A stretch of 64,000 nucleotides of DNA from Arenicellales bacterium (GCA_963457535.1 OY734803.1:1108977-1172976), one strand, 5' to 3'. Shown: positions 1 through 11,342, counted from the stretch's first letter. Made by a program: numbers and translations. The notes: generated by a model from the letters alone, not told the origin.

Positions 1-966
1 CGCATCACAGTCGGCGACTGCCTGAATCTGCTGCAGAAAATTCCCAGCGATTCGGTGGACATGGCGTTCGCGGACCCGCCGTTCAACCTGAAGAAAAAGT
101 ACAACTCCTACAAGGACAAAATGGAGTTGGAAGAGTATGTCAACTGGTGCGGCCGGTGGATTGGCGAAATGGTCCGGGTGACCAAGCCGAGCGGCGCCAT
201 TTTCGTGCACAACATCCCCAAGTGGCTCGCTCACTATGTGAAGTTTCTGAATGAGTGCGCCGACTTCAAACACTGGATTGCCTGGCAAGCCCCCACTTCT
301 CCGATGGGGAAAAGCCTGCAGCCCGGGCACTACGGCATCCTCTTTTATGTGAAAGACCGCAAACAAGCGAAGATTTACGAAATCAGGATGCCGCATGAAC
401 GGGAAAGAAAGTCGCTTTACTTGCGGAAAGACTACGGCGGCAAAAAAGCCGGCCTGCATCCGTTCGGCCCCTTGGTGTCGGATGTATGGACTGACATCCA
501 CCGAATCAAGCACAACAAATACCGGGATGAACACCCCTGCCAACTGCCGGTTGCGCTGCTGGAGAGGCTGATTCTGATGACGACCGACGAAGGAGATGTT
601 GTCCTCGACCCGTTTATGGGCACCGGCACCACTGCGGTGGCGACGAAAAAACTGGGGCGAAACTACATCGGCTTTGATCTGGACAAGAAATACAAAAGCA
701 TCTGCGAAAACAACTTGAGGAAAGTCGCGCCCGATTCCCGCGTTGGGGAATCATGGGTCAGTTTTCACCTGGGGGAAATTCGCACGCTGCGCGACCAAGA
801 TTGGGCCGACCTGTCCGACTACTTTGAAATCCCCGACAACGCAAAAGACATTGATTTTGTGAAAATCCGACTGCAGAAAGAAAAATGCGGCGGCGACAAC
901 TCGTTCGCAACAGACTCGCTGCGGAACAGCGACTTCGGCCGGAAAGTAGCAAAACAAGCGAATTAA
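1..966 (+). CDS. beta-class N6-adenine/N4-cytosine DNA methyltransferase (5' end cut by window edge)
   Basis: Frame 1 is open from base 1 (RITVGDCLNLLQKIPSDSVD precedes the first Met at 55). Motif IV DPPF (AFADPPFN) lies upstream of motif I FxGxG (DPFMGTGTTAVA), the beta-class order. GC is visibly lower than in core genes. Confidence 0.85.
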   Translation, partial: RITVGDCLNLLQKIPSDSVDMAFADPPFNLKKKYNSYKDKMELEEYVNWCGRWIGEMVRVTKPSGAIFVHNIPKWLAHYVKFLNECADFKHWIAWQAPTSPMGKSLQPGHYGILFYVKDRKQAKIYEIRMPHERERKSLYLRKDYGGKKAGLHPFGPLVSDVWTDIHRIKHNKYRDEHPCQLPVALLERLILMTTDEGDVVLDPFMGTGTTAVATKKLGRNYIGFDLDKKYKSICENNLRKVAPDSRVGESWVSFHLGEIRTLRDQDWADLSDYFEIPDNAKDIDFVKIRLQKEKCGGDNSFATDSLRNSDFGRKVAKQAN

Positions 967-970
967 AATC

Positions 971-1046
971 GCCTGCTACAATGCTATTTTGTGGCGGCGT
1001 TTTACGCCACGAGCCAACGCACCCACCGAAATCCACTCAACCCGCG
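971..1046 (+). repeat. decayed duplicate of the promoter-like region and first ~12 codons of the DUF971 gene (paralogous to 1979-2063)
   Basis: Hand alignment: ctacaatg (976-983 vs 1982-1989), and gagccaacGcaccc--accgaaatcca (1011-1035) vs gagccaacAcacccCCaccgaaatcca (2026-2052). The copy is frame-disrupted by a 2-nt indel. Confidence 0.6.
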
Positions 1047-1173
1047 TCCGCCACCGACCCGTATGCGGTAACATAACTTACTATGCGGAGGTGACGGCGG
1101 AGTGGCTTGAAGAGTGAATCTCCGGCGCGCCACCCCCGCCTTTTGACCGCACATTTTGACATTTCATTAACAC

Positions 1174-1965
1174 ATGGCAAAAGAACGCAAAAACAAAATC
1201 TGGTCGCGAGAAGAGACCATTATCGCCTTTAATGTGTATTGCAAAATACCGTTTAAGGACAGCAAAGCACAGCACCCGGAAGTCATGAAGCACGCAGAAA
1301 TTATTGGAAGGTCGCCCGATGCTTTCAACATGAAAATTGCAAACCTCGGCAGTTTGGACCCGCGCCTGCGGGAAAAGAACATTACCGGCCTCCCCCACCG
1401 GAGCAAAATGGACGAACAAGTTTGGAATGAATTCCATGGCAATTGGGAAAATCTGATTTATGAAAGTGAGCGGTTGATCTCCGAATACACCGCCAAGCAC
1501 ACTGGCGAACGCATCGCAGATATTGCGGGCAAATATGAAATCAACTTGCCGGAAGGAAGGGAGCGGGAACGAGTCGTCCGCGACCGGGTGAATCAAGGGT
1601 TTTTTCGCAAGGCAATTCTGTCTTCCTACAGCAAAAAATGCTGCATAACGGAACTGCAAGTTCCCGACCTGCTGATCGCCAGCCACATTATTCCGTGGAG
1701 TGCGAATGAACAGGAACGGCTCAACCCGCGAAATGGCCTGTGCTTGAATTCACTGCATGACAAGGCATTTGACCGAGGCCTGATCACTGTCTCCTCGGAC
1801 GACTACAGAGTGATGCTGTCCAGCGAAATTCGCCACCTCAATGCATCCAAAGCGGTGAAAGATTTTTTTGGGAAATTTGACGGCAAAACCATCGCTATGC
1901 CCGAAAAATTTGTCCCGGAAAAAGCGTTTTTGGACCATCACAACAACGAGATTTTCAAGGGATAA
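1174..1965 (+). CDS. HNH_2-type (COG3440-like) putative restriction endonuclease
   Basis: C-terminal ASHIIPWSANEQERLNPRNGLCLNSLHDKAFDRGLITV matches the HNH_2 signature. The N-terminal region (WSREETIIAFNVY...GRSPDAFNMKIANLGSLDP) is typical of this family. It sits next to a methyltransferase and has low GC. Confidence 0.75.
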   Translation: MAKERKNKIWSREETIIAFNVYCKIPFKDSKAQHPEVMKHAEIIGRSPDAFNMKIANLGSLDPRLREKNITGLPHRSKMDEQVWNEFHGNWENLIYESERLISEYTAKHTGERIADIAGKYEINLPEGRERERVVRDRVNQGFFRKAILSSYSKKCCITELQVPDLLIASHIIPWSANEQERLNPRNGLCLNSLHDKAFDRGLITVSSDDYRVMLSSEIRHLNASKAVKDFFGKFDGKTIAMPEKFVPEKAFLDHHNNEIFKG

Positions 1966-2023
1966 ATTGCGCCATTTGCGCCTACAATGGCGCTCTTTCG
2001 CGCGCAAGTAGCGCCTGCAAATT

Positions 2024-2389
2024 ATGAGCCAACACACCCCCACCGAAATCCAACTGGACCGCGCCGCGCGCACGCTTACGGTCACTTTTGACGACGGCGC
2101 GCGGTTTGAGATGTCGTGCGAATACCTGCGCGTGCATTCGCCGTCGGCGGAGGTGCAGGGGCACGGGCCGGGGCAGGGCGTGCTGCAGGTCGGCAAGGAG
2201 GCGGTCAATATTGAGCGGATTGAGCCGGTTGGGAATTACGCGGTCAAGCCGGTGTTTGACGACGGGCACGACACCGGCATTTACTCGTGGGACACGCTGT
2301 ATGTGCTCGGCGCGAACCGCGAGGAAAACTGGCGGAACTATCTGGCGCAGTTGAAACAGGCCGGGCACGAGCGCAAGGCGAACGCGTAA
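2024..2389 (+). CDS. DUF971 (gamma-butyrobetaine hydroxylase N-terminal-like) protein
   Basis: LTVTFDDGARFEMSCEYLRVHSPSAEV ... VKPVFDDGHDTGIYSWDTLYVLG pattern typical of DUF971. Confidence 0.75.
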   Translation: MSQHTPTEIQLDRAARTLTVTFDDGARFEMSCEYLRVHSPSAEVQGHGPGQGVLQVGKEAVNIERIEPVGNYAVKPVFDDGHDTGIYSWDTLYVLGANREENWRNYLAQLKQAGHERKANA

Positions 2390-2391
2390 GG

Positions 2392-2415
2392 CGCGCCGCG
2401 CGGCGCGTTTCATTT
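2392..2415 (+). terminator. candidate intrinsic terminator after the DUF971 gene
   Basis: cgcgcc-gcgc-ggcgcg hairpin (6-bp GC stem, 4-nt loop) followed by tttcattt. Confidence 0.45.
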
Positions 2416-2510
2416 GCGCGTTTTATTTTCATGGCGCGCTTCGCGGCATAATCGGAATGACGCGGCGCGCGCTACCGCCTTATTACTCCACCGCAAACCA
2501 CCGCAACAAC

Positions 2511-3293
2511 ATGTCCGCACATACCGATCCGCCGCCGCAACCCACGCCCCCCGGGGAACGCGCGTTTTTCGGCAACCGCGAAGTGCCCGCGGCCGACAAG
2601 GCCGGCATGGTCGGCGAAGTGTTTCGCTCGGTCGCGTCGCGTTACGATCTGATGAACGACCTGATGTCGTTCGGCGCGCACCGGTTGTGGAAGCGCTTCG
2701 CCGCGTCGCAAAGCGCGCTGCGCCGCGGCGACCGCGCGCTGGATGTCGCCGGCGGCAGCGGCGACATGGCGCGGCGCCTCGCGCGGCAGGTCGGCGCGGA
2801 CGGCATGGTGGCGCTCGCCGACATCAACGCGGCCATGCTGGAAGTCGGGCGCGACAAAATGATTGACGCCGGGCTGTGCGGCAACATCGCCTACGCGCGG
2901 TGCGACGCGGAAAAACTCTGCTTTGCCGACGGCGCGTTTGACTGCGTGTCCATCGCCTTCGGGCTGCGCAATGTTACGCGCATGGAAGACGCGCTCGCTT
3001 CCATGCGCCGCGTGCTGCGCCCCGGCGGGCGGCTGCTGCTGCTGGAGTTTTCCAAACCGCTGCTGCCGCTGCTGGAAAAAATTTACGACCGCTATTCGCT
3101 GTCGGTGATTCCCGCGCTCGGCGGCGCGGTCGCCGGGGACGAGGCCGCCTACCGCTATCTGGTGGAATCCATTCGCAAACACCCGGACCAGGAGGCGATG
3201 AAGGAGATGATGCTGCGCGCCGGCTTTGACGAGGTGCGCGTGCATAATCTGAGCGGCGGCATAGTCGCGCTGCACATCGGCTGGAAATACTGA
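2511..3293 (+). CDS. ubiE: demethylmenaquinone / 2-methoxy-6-polyprenyl-1,4-benzoquinol methyltransferase
   Basis: FRSVASRYDLMNDLMSFGAHRLWKR signature and SAM motif LDVAGGSGD. The start is placed at the second Met (MSAHTD) because a CATAAT -10-like box at 2447-2452 sits only 4 nt before the 2457 ATG. Confidence 0.9.
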   Translation: MSAHTDPPPQPTPPGERAFFGNREVPAADKAGMVGEVFRSVASRYDLMNDLMSFGAHRLWKRFAASQSALRRGDRALDVAGGSGDMARRLARQVGADGMVALADINAAMLEVGRDKMIDAGLCGNIAYARCDAEKLCFADGAFDCVSIAFGLRNVTRMEDALASMRRVLRPGGRLLLLEFSKPLLPLLEKIYDRYSLSVIPALGGAVAGDEAAYRYLVESIRKHPDQEAMKEMMLRAGFDEVRVHNLSGGIVALHIGWKY

Positions 3294-3946
3294 TGGACGC
3301 CGTTTTGCTTTCCGCGCTGCAGCGCGCCGCCGACGCGTTTCTCGGACTGGATCCGGACGCGCGGCAAAAACTCGGGGCGCTTCGCGGCAGGGTTTTTTGC
3401 ATGGAGATTACCGCGCCGCCGATGAAGGTTTTTTTGCTGCCGGGCGAGGACGGCATCGCGTTTCGCAGTGAACATGAAGGCGAGCCCGATGTAACTTTGC
3501 GCGGCCCGGCTTCCGCATTCGCGCGGCTCGCGCATGCAAGCCGCGCCGGGGACGCCGCGGCGACTTCCGGCATTTTCGGCGAGGGAAAAATCCACATTCA
3601 CGGAGACGCCGAACTCGCGCAGAGTTTTCAAAAAATCCTCGGCGAATTTGATTTGGATTTTGAGGAATTGCTGGCGCGCGGCATCGGCGACACGCCGGCG
3701 CGCAAGACCGCGCTGGCGGCGCGCGATTTGAAAAACTGGGCGAAAAAGTCGCTTGCGTTTTCGCGCGAAAACGCGGCCGATTATTTGACGGAGGAAAAAC
3801 AAGCGGCGGTTTCCGCGCGCCTTGCCGCGCGCCTCGCCGAGGCGGTGGAGGACGCGCGCGCCGATGTGGACCGGCTGGAGGCGCGGGTGCGGCGCATTCG
3901 GCGCGAGTTGGAGCGGCGGCGCGGCGCGCACAACGCCGGCGAATAA
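3293..3946 (+). CDS. ubiJ: ubiquinone biosynthesis accessory factor, SCP2-like
   Basis: Position between ubiE and ubiB, ATGA overlap with the ubiE stop, size about 217 aa with an Arg/Glu-rich C-terminal helix. Confidence 0.7.
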   Translation: MDAVLLSALQRAADAFLGLDPDARQKLGALRGRVFCMEITAPPMKVFLLPGEDGIAFRSEHEGEPDVTLRGPASAFARLAHASRAGDAAATSGIFGEGKIHIHGDAELAQSFQKILGEFDLDFEELLARGIGDTPARKTALAARDLKNWAKKSLAFSRENAADYLTEEKQAAVSARLAARLAEAVEDARADVDRLEARVRRIRRELERRRGAHNAGE

Positions 3947-3960
3947 TCCCGGCGGCAACC

Positions 3961-5568
3961 ATGCGCAACAATTTCTTTCACCTGCTGCGCATCGCGCGCG
4001 TGCTGTTTCGCCACGACCTCGGCGAATTCGCCGCCGCGCTGCGCCTGTTTCGGCCGTATTCGTTTTTGCTGAAAGCGGCGCGGCGGCGAAGCGACGCGCC
4101 GCGCGGCCGGCGATTGCGCGAGGCGCTGGAGGAACTCGGCCCGGTGTTCATTAAATTCGGGCAGGCGCTTTCCACGCGCCCGGACTTGCTGCCGCCCGAC
4201 ATCGCCGAGGAGTTGGTGCGCCTGCAGGACGAAGTGCCGCCTTTCGCCGGCGCGCGCGCAGTCATTGAAGATGCGTATGGCGAGCCGCTGGAAAAACATT
4301 TCAAAAAGTTTCAGGACGAGCCGTTCGCCTCGGCGTCGGTCGCGCAGGCGCACCTCGCCGAATTGCCGGACGGTTCGGAAGTGGTGGTCAAGGTGCTGCG
4401 CCCCGGCGCGCAGGCGGTGATTGAGCGCGACTTGGAATTGCTGCACGCGCTCGCCGAGTTGGCCGAGCGCCACTGGTCGGAGGCGCCGCGCCTGAAGCCG
4501 AAGCAAATCGTCTCCGATTACGACCAGACCATTCACCACGAACTGGACCTGATGCGCGAGGCGGCGAACGCCAGCCAGTTGAAGGCGAACTTCGCGAACT
4601 CGGATTTGATCTATGTGCCGCAGGTGCACTGGGAGCACACGCGGCGCAATGTCATGGTCATGGAGCGCATTCGCGGCATTCCGATTCGCGATGTCGCGCG
4701 CATTCGGGCGGCCGGGATTGACATGCAAAAACTCGCGCATGACGGCGTGGAGATTTTTTTCACGCAGGCGTTTCGCGACGGATTTTTTCACGCCGACATG
4801 CACCCCGGCAACATTTTCGTATCCGAGAACGGCCAGTACCGCGCGGTGGACTTTGGCATCATGGGCTCGCTCAGCCCGGCCGACAAAAGATACCTCGCCG
4901 AAAATCTCCTCGCGTTTTTTCACCGCGATTACCGCCGGGTCGCCGACGCGCACATTCGCGCCGGGTGGGTGCCGCCCGGCACCGTGGTGGAGGAATTTGA
5001 AAGCGCGATTCGCACCGTGTGCGAACCGATCTTCGCCAAGCCGATCAGCGAGATTTCCTTCGGCGGTTTTTTGATTGACCTGTTTCGCGTCGCGCACCGT
5101 TTTCAAATGCCGGTGCAGCCGCAACTGGTGCTGCTGCAAAAAACGCTGCTGAACATTGAGGGACTCGGGCGGCAGTTGTATCCGCAACTGGATTTGTGGC
5201 AGACAGCCAAGCCGTTTTTGGAAAAATGGACGCGCGAGCAACTCGGTCCGCGCGCGGCGTTGCGCGCGCTGCGGCGCGAGTTGCCGAATCTGTTAATGCG
5301 CGCGCCGGAACTTCCCGGACTGTTGCGCCAACTCGCGCAGCGTTTGCAGCGCGACGACGCGGACGGACGCGACGCGGAAATCGCCGAACTCAAACGCCAA
5401 CTCGCGGCCGGCCGCCGCCGCACCGCGCGCGCGCTTGCCGCAGGCGTGCTGTTGCTCGGCGCGCTTGCGTTGTTGGACGGCGGCGCGACGCTGGTCACCG
5501 TGGTGTTCGGCGCGGCGTTGTTGTGCGCGGGAGTCGCGCTGTTGTGGAATTGGCCCGGGAAAAAATGA
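3961..5568 (+). CDS. ubiB: ABC1/UbiB-family atypical kinase for ubiquinone biosynthesis
   Basis: FIKFGQALSTRPDLLPPDIAEEL, ASVAQAH and FHADMHPGN motifs, with C-terminal TM helices. Confidence 0.92.
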   Translation: MRNNFFHLLRIARVLFRHDLGEFAAALRLFRPYSFLLKAARRRSDAPRGRRLREALEELGPVFIKFGQALSTRPDLLPPDIAEELVRLQDEVPPFAGARAVIEDAYGEPLEKHFKKFQDEPFASASVAQAHLAELPDGSEVVVKVLRPGAQAVIERDLELLHALAELAERHWSEAPRLKPKQIVSDYDQTIHHELDLMREAANASQLKANFANSDLIYVPQVHWEHTRRNVMVMERIRGIPIRDVARIRAAGIDMQKLAHDGVEIFFTQAFRDGFFHADMHPGNIFVSENGQYRAVDFGIMGSLSPADKRYLAENLLAFFHRDYRRVADAHIRAGWVPPGTVVEEFESAIRTVCEPIFAKPISEISFGGFLIDLFRVAHRFQMPVQPQLVLLQKTLLNIEGLGRQLYPQLDLWQTAKPFLEKWTREQLGPRAALRALRRELPNLLMRAPELPGLLRQLAQRLQRDDADGRDAEIAELKRQLAAGRRRTARALAAGVLLLGALALLDGGATLVTVVFGAALLCAGVALLWNWPGKK

Positions 5569-7256
5569 GTTTGCCGGCCGGCATTTTGCGCGTGTTGCTG
5601 TTCGGCGGCGTTCTCGGCGCGGCTGCCTCGCTCGCCGCGCTGGCTTTCGTGGAAGGCGTGCGCTGGCTCGGCGATTTTTTGTTCGTGGATTTGCGCCGCC
5701 GCGAGTCGCTTTCGCCGGCGTTTTTTTATCTGCTGATTTTTCCGCCGATGCTCGGCGGCATTGTCGCCGGCGCGCTCATCCGCAAACTCCCGGACAAACG
5801 CCCGCAAAACCCGGCCGATGTGATTCTCGCCGCGCAAACCGCGCGGCACATTCCTTTTAAAGACGGCGCGCTGACCGCGCTCGCCGCGCTCGTGGGTTTG
5901 GGAAGCGGCGCCTCGGTCGGAATTTACGGGCCGCTGGTGCACCTCGGCGCAAGCGTCGGTTCAAGCGTGGCGCGGCTCTGCAAGGCCGAGCCGGGACTCG
6001 GACTCGGCTGCGGCGCGGCCGCGGCGATTTCCACCGCGTTCGGCGCGCCGATCGCCGGCATCGTGTTCGCGCACGAAGTGGTGCTGCGGCATTATTCGCT
6101 GCGCGCGTTCGCGCCGATAACGGTGGCGTCCTCGGCCGGGCTGCTAATCGCCGATAAAATTTTTCAGCGGCCGCCGCTGTTTGAAATCAGCGTGGCGCGC
6201 GCGGTGTTTGCGCCGGAGTTTTTCGCGTTCGTCGTCATCGGCGTCTGCGGCGCGCTGGTCGCGGTGGTTTTTATGCGCGCGATTTTGTTCGCGGCGCGCA
6301 TCGCCGGAAATTTAAAAATTCCCGGTTGGCAAAAACCCGCGCTCGCCGGACTCTGCGTCGGCGTTGCCGGACTTTTTCTGCCGGAAATTCTCGGCGCGGG
6401 CGCCGATGTTTTGCGATTTGCGATTACTCCCGGCGCCTACTCCGCGCCCGAACTCGGCGTGCTGCTGGCCGCGAAAATTTTGGCGACCGCTCTGTGCCTC
6501 GGCTTCGGTTTCGCCGGCGGCGTGTTCAGCCCGGCATTGTTGATCGGCGTTTTATTCGGCGCGCTTTTCGGCCAGGCCGCGGCCGCGGTGTTTGACATCG
6601 GCACCGGCGCCGGGCTGGAGTTCTACGCGGTGTGCGGCATGGTCGCGGTGACCAGCCCGGTCATCGGCGCGCCGCTGGCGAGCATTTTGCTGGTGTTTGA
6701 ATTGACGCGCAATTACGAACTTGCGACCGCGGCGATGGTCAGCGTGGTGTTTTCCAATCTGGTCGCGTGCCGGTTGTTCGGAAGGTCGTTGTTTGACCGC
6801 CAACTCGGCATGCGCGGGTTTGATTTGTCCATGGGGCGCGACAAGGCGCGCCTCGCGCAACTCGGCATCGGCGAATTAATGGAGCGCGATTTCGTGCGCG
6901 CGCGCCGCGCCGACTCGGCCGTGGAAGTGATGCGCGCGTTGATCGCGAAAAATCACAGCGAGGCCTATGTCGCCGACGACGACGGAAATTACGCCGGCAT
7001 GCTCACTTTGAATCAACTTTTGTCGGCAAAAAGTGGCGGACGCGCCGGGGAATTGGCGCGCGATGACTCACTGCGTTTTGACGCCGCAATGTCGGTGTGG
7101 GACGCGATGGAAGCGATGCGCGGTTTTGTCGGCGAGAGCATTCCGGTGCTGGACGCGCGCGGGCGGCTGCTCGGCGTGGTGCACGAATCCGCGCTGGTCG
7201 CCGCGTATTTGCGCACGGTGCGCGAGTTGCGCGCCGAGGAAAATGCCGATCATTAA
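5565..7256 (+). CDS. CLC-family chloride channel/antiporter with C-terminal tandem CBS domains
   Basis: Start taken at the ATG overlapping the ubiB stop (ATGA). Multi-TM protein with GSGASVGIYGP and GxFxP-like (GGVFSPAL) CLC motifs. The C-terminal ~130 aa is CBS-like. Confidence 0.8.
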   Translation: MSLPAGILRVLLFGGVLGAAASLAALAFVEGVRWLGDFLFVDLRRRESLSPAFFYLLIFPPMLGGIVAGALIRKLPDKRPQNPADVILAAQTARHIPFKDGALTALAALVGLGSGASVGIYGPLVHLGASVGSSVARLCKAEPGLGLGCGAAAAISTAFGAPIAGIVFAHEVVLRHYSLRAFAPITVASSAGLLIADKIFQRPPLFEISVARAVFAPEFFAFVVIGVCGALVAVVFMRAILFAARIAGNLKIPGWQKPALAGLCVGVAGLFLPEILGAGADVLRFAITPGAYSAPELGVLLAAKILATALCLGFGFAGGVFSPALLIGVLFGALFGQAAAAVFDIGTGAGLEFYAVCGMVAVTSPVIGAPLASILLVFELTRNYELATAAMVSVVFSNLVACRLFGRSLFDRQLGMRGFDLSMGRDKARLAQLGIGELMERDFVRARRADSAVEVMRALIAKNHSEAYVADDDGNYAGMLTLNQLLSAKSGGRAGELARDDSLRFDAAMSVWDAMEAMRGFVGESIPVLDARGRLLGVVHESALVAAYLRTVRELRAEENADH

Positions 7257-7275
7257 TACGGATTAAAATCGCGCC

Positions 7276-8462
<1,187 letters not shown>

Positions 8463-8463
<1 letters not shown>

Positions 8464-9617
8464 TGGCGCTGCACTTTTCAAAAAAAGAATTTGAAGAGCG
8501 CATTAACGCCGCGCAAGCGGCGATGCGCGAGCGCGGGTTTGACGGCATGCTGTTGTTCGCGCCGGAGAGCCACTATTATCTGAGCGGCTACGACACTTTC
8601 GGGTATGCGCTGTTTCAGTGCATGGTTTTGCCGGCCGAGGGCGCGCCACAGTTGTTGACGCGCGCGCCGGATTTGCGGCAGGCGCAGCAGACTTCCATTT
8701 TGCCGGACGCGTATATTCATATTTGGCGCGATGTGGAGGGCGCCGATCCGGCGGCGCAACTTGCGGAGTTGCTCTCCGCAATCGGGCTCGGCAAAAAACA
8801 TCTGGGGGTGGAAACCAAAACGCACGGGCTGACCGCATACAACGGTCAGCAGGTTTTTGCCGCGCTGCACGACTGCAAGTTAACCGAGGCGTCGGATTTG
8901 GTCGCCGCGTTGCGCCGCCGAAAAAGCGCCGCGGAAATCGCCTGCCACCGCCGCGCCGCGGCGCTCGCCGACGACGCGTTTGACGCCGCGCTGCAAACCG
9001 CGCATGCCGGCGCGTTTGAAGGCGACATTTTGGCGGCGATGCAGGGCGCGGTGTTTAAGGGCGGCGGCGATTACGCCGGCAACGAATTCATCATCGGCTC
9101 GGGCGAGGGCGCGCTGCTGTGCCGCTATTACACCGGGCGGCGCAACTTGGACGCGCGCGATCAACTGACGCTGGAATGGGCCGGCGCATACCGCCGCTAC
9201 CACGCGGCGATGATGCGCACGCTGGTCATCGGCAAGGCGAACGACACGCAGAAAAAAATGCACGCGGCCGCGCTGGAAGCGCTGCTGGCATGCGAGCAGG
9301 CGGTGCGCCCGGGCGCGCCGATGGGCGATGTGTTTGACGCGCATGCGCGCGTGCTGGACGCGCATGGTTTTTCGCATGCGCGCCTGAACGCGTGCGGCTA
9401 CGGCATGGGCGCGCTCTACCACCCGATGTGGATGGACATGCCGATGTTTTTTCAGGGCAATCCGCTGCCGATGGAAATCGGCAATGTGTTTTTCCTGCAC
9501 ATGATTTTGATGGACTCGGAGGCCGGGCTGGCGATGTGCCACGGGCATTCGGTGCTGGTCGGCGAAAGCGGCGCCGAGCGGCTGAGCGGGCGGCCGCTGG
9601 AATTGATGGAATGTTGA
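8463..9617 (+). CDS. M24-family Xaa-Pro peptidase / creatinase-like hydrolase
   Basis: Start at the ATG overlapping the gcdH stop. Creatinase_N-like N-terminus (MLLFAPESHYYLSGYDTFGY) and an M24 pita-bread C-terminal half. Confidence 0.75.
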
Positions 9618-9618
9618 A

Positions 9619-10662
9619 TTAACCCGCGCCAATCCCCGCAAGCGCGGCGCGGTAGGCGAACAATGCGGCCGCGCCGCCGGTATGCACGAACACCACATTG
9701 TCGTCCGCGGAAAATTCGCCGGCGCGGATTAAGCCGATGAGTCCGGCCATGCCTTTGCCGGCATACACCGGGTCCAGCAAAATTCCCTCGGTGCGCGCCA
9801 GCAGCGAGACCGCTTCCAGCATTCCGTCGGTCGGCAGGCCGTAACCGGCGCCGATGTATTCGCAATTGGCGCGCACCGCGTCGCGCGGCAATTCGTCGTC
9901 AATCCCCAAATGCGCGAGCGTCGCGCATGCCAACTTAAACACTTTTTCTTCCTGTTCGTTTTGCGGCGCGTTCACGCCGATGCCGAGCACCGCAAACGGC
10001 GAACCGAGCGCGCGGCAGCCGGCGACCAGTCCGGCCTGCGTGCCGGCGCTGCCCGTGGCGTGCACAACATGGCTGACTCGAATGTCGGCTTGCTCGGCCT
10101 GTTGCGACAATTCCAGCGCGCAATGAACATAGCCGCTCGCGCCGACCGGGTTGGAGCCGCCGCCGGGAATCACATAGGGGCGGCGGCCGGCGGCGCGCAA
10201 TTTTTCGGCGGCACTTTCCAGCGCGGCGTCCATGTCTTCGCCTTTGGCGAAATCGTCGCGCGTCGCGCCGAGCAATTGGGTCAAAAGCGCGTTGCCGGAG
10301 TTTTGGTAATCGGCGTCGGCGTCTTCCACGCGGTGTTCGTAAAGCGCCTTGCATTCCATACCGGCGAGCGCCGCCGCGGCCGCGGTCTGGCGCACATGGT
10401 TGGACTGCAGCGCGCCCTGCGTCAGCAAAATGTCGGCGCCGTTTTTTTGCGCGGCGCCGACCAGGTATTCCAGTTTGCGCGCCTTGTTGCCGCCGGTGGC
10501 GAGGCCGGTGCAGTCGTCGCGTTTGATCCACAATTTCGGGCCGTCTTCACCGCAAAGCGCTTCGCGGAGACGATGCATCGGCTCCAGCGGAGTCGGCAGA
10601 TGCGCGCAGCGAAAGCGCGGCATGCGGTCAAGCGCGGCGGCGAGTTTTTTTGCCGGGGTCAT
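9619..10662 (-). CDS. PLP-dependent D-cysteine desulfhydrase / ACC deaminase family enzyme
   Basis: PTPLEPMHRL...WIKRDDCTGLATGGNKARKLEYL...QSNHVRQTAAAA. Start moved to the internal Met (MTPAKK). Confidence 0.8.
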   Translation of the reverse strand: MTPAKKLAAALDRMPRFRCAHLPTPLEPMHRLREALCGEDGPKLWIKRDDCTGLATGGNKARKLEYLVGAAQKNGADILLTQGALQSNHVRQTAAAAALAGMECKALYEHRVEDADADYQNSGNALLTQLLGATRDDFAKGEDMDAALESAAEKLRAAGRRPYVIPGGGSNPVGASGYVHCALELSQQAEQADIRVSHVVHATGSAGTQAGLVAGCRALGSPFAVLGIGVNAPQNEQEEKVFKLACATLAHLGIDDELPRDAVRANCEYIGAGYGLPTDGMLEAVSLLARTEGILLDPVYAGKGMAGLIGLIRAGEFSADDNVVFVHTGGAAALFAYRAALAGIGAG

Positions 10663-10787
10663 TTTGCAGTTTCGGTTTCGGTGATAACGCGGCGGAGAAA
10701 GAGTATACTCGCCGCCGCCCGCGCCATGCATGTTGCGCGGCGCATTTTTAACATGAAAACCGAACGCATTAATAGGAACTCGCAACG

Positions 10788-11342
10788 ATGACCTGGCTGC
10801 TCGGCGGCATTGCGCTTTTTTTCGGCGCGCATCTCATTCCGGCCGCGCCGGCGATGCGCGCGCAACTCGCCGCGCGCATGGGCGAGCGCGGCTATCTGGT
10901 CGTGTTTTCCGCGCTGTCGTTCGCCGGGCTGTTCTGCATGATGCGCGGCCTGCGAACCGCCGAGCGCGTCGTGCTGTGGCAGCCGCCGGAAATCGCCGGC
11001 GCGGTCTCGGTGGTGCTGATGCTGCCGGCGCTGGTGATGATCGCCTCGGTCAAATTTGACAACCACATCGCGCGCGCCATTCGCCACCCGATGGCCTGGG
11101 GATTTTTGCTGTGGGCGGCCTGCCACTTTTTTGCCAACGGCGAATTGGACGCGCTGATTTTCTTCGGCGCATTCGCCGCGTATTTGATTTTTTATCTGCG
11201 CGCGCGCGCGGCCAAACGCGAATTCCGCGGCAAACCGAGTTGGCGGCTGGACGCGCTCGCGGTGGTCATCGGCATCGCCGCGTATGCGCTGCTCGGGTAT
11301 TTCCACCACGCGTTGTTTGGGGCATTTCCGGTTCCTTATTGA
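10788..11342 (+). CDS. NnrU-family integral membrane protein
   Basis: About 184 aa, 4-5 TM helices, FFGAHLIPA and WAACHFFANG motifs. Confidence 0.65.
   Translation: MTWLLGGIALFFGAHLIPAAPAMRAQLAARMGERGYLVVFSALSFAGLFCMMRGLRTAERVVLWQPPEIAGAVSVVLMLPALVMIASVKFDNHIARAIRHPMAWGFLLWAACHFFANGELDALIFFGAFAAYLIFYLRARAAKREFRGKPSWRLDALAVVIGIAAYALLGYFHHALFGAFPVPY

Noticed and set aside
885-1076. 63-aa ORF in the MTase-HNH spacer as a small controller protein or antitoxin.
   Set aside because: It overlaps the MTase 3' end and consists largely of the frame-shifted duplicate of the DUF971 gene start. It has no RBS and no helix-turn-helix pattern.
5196-5564. N-terminal 123-aa extension of the CLC channel ORF overlapping ubiB. 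The same kind of extension occurs at 8076-8462, 29493-30035, 38833-39216, 47862-48062, 51506-51826 and 57303-57524.
   Set aside because: The extensions are Arg/Pro-rich translations of the neighbouring gene's alternative frame. Each has an internal start with ATGA-type coupling or a signal peptide that fits the family's expected N-terminus.
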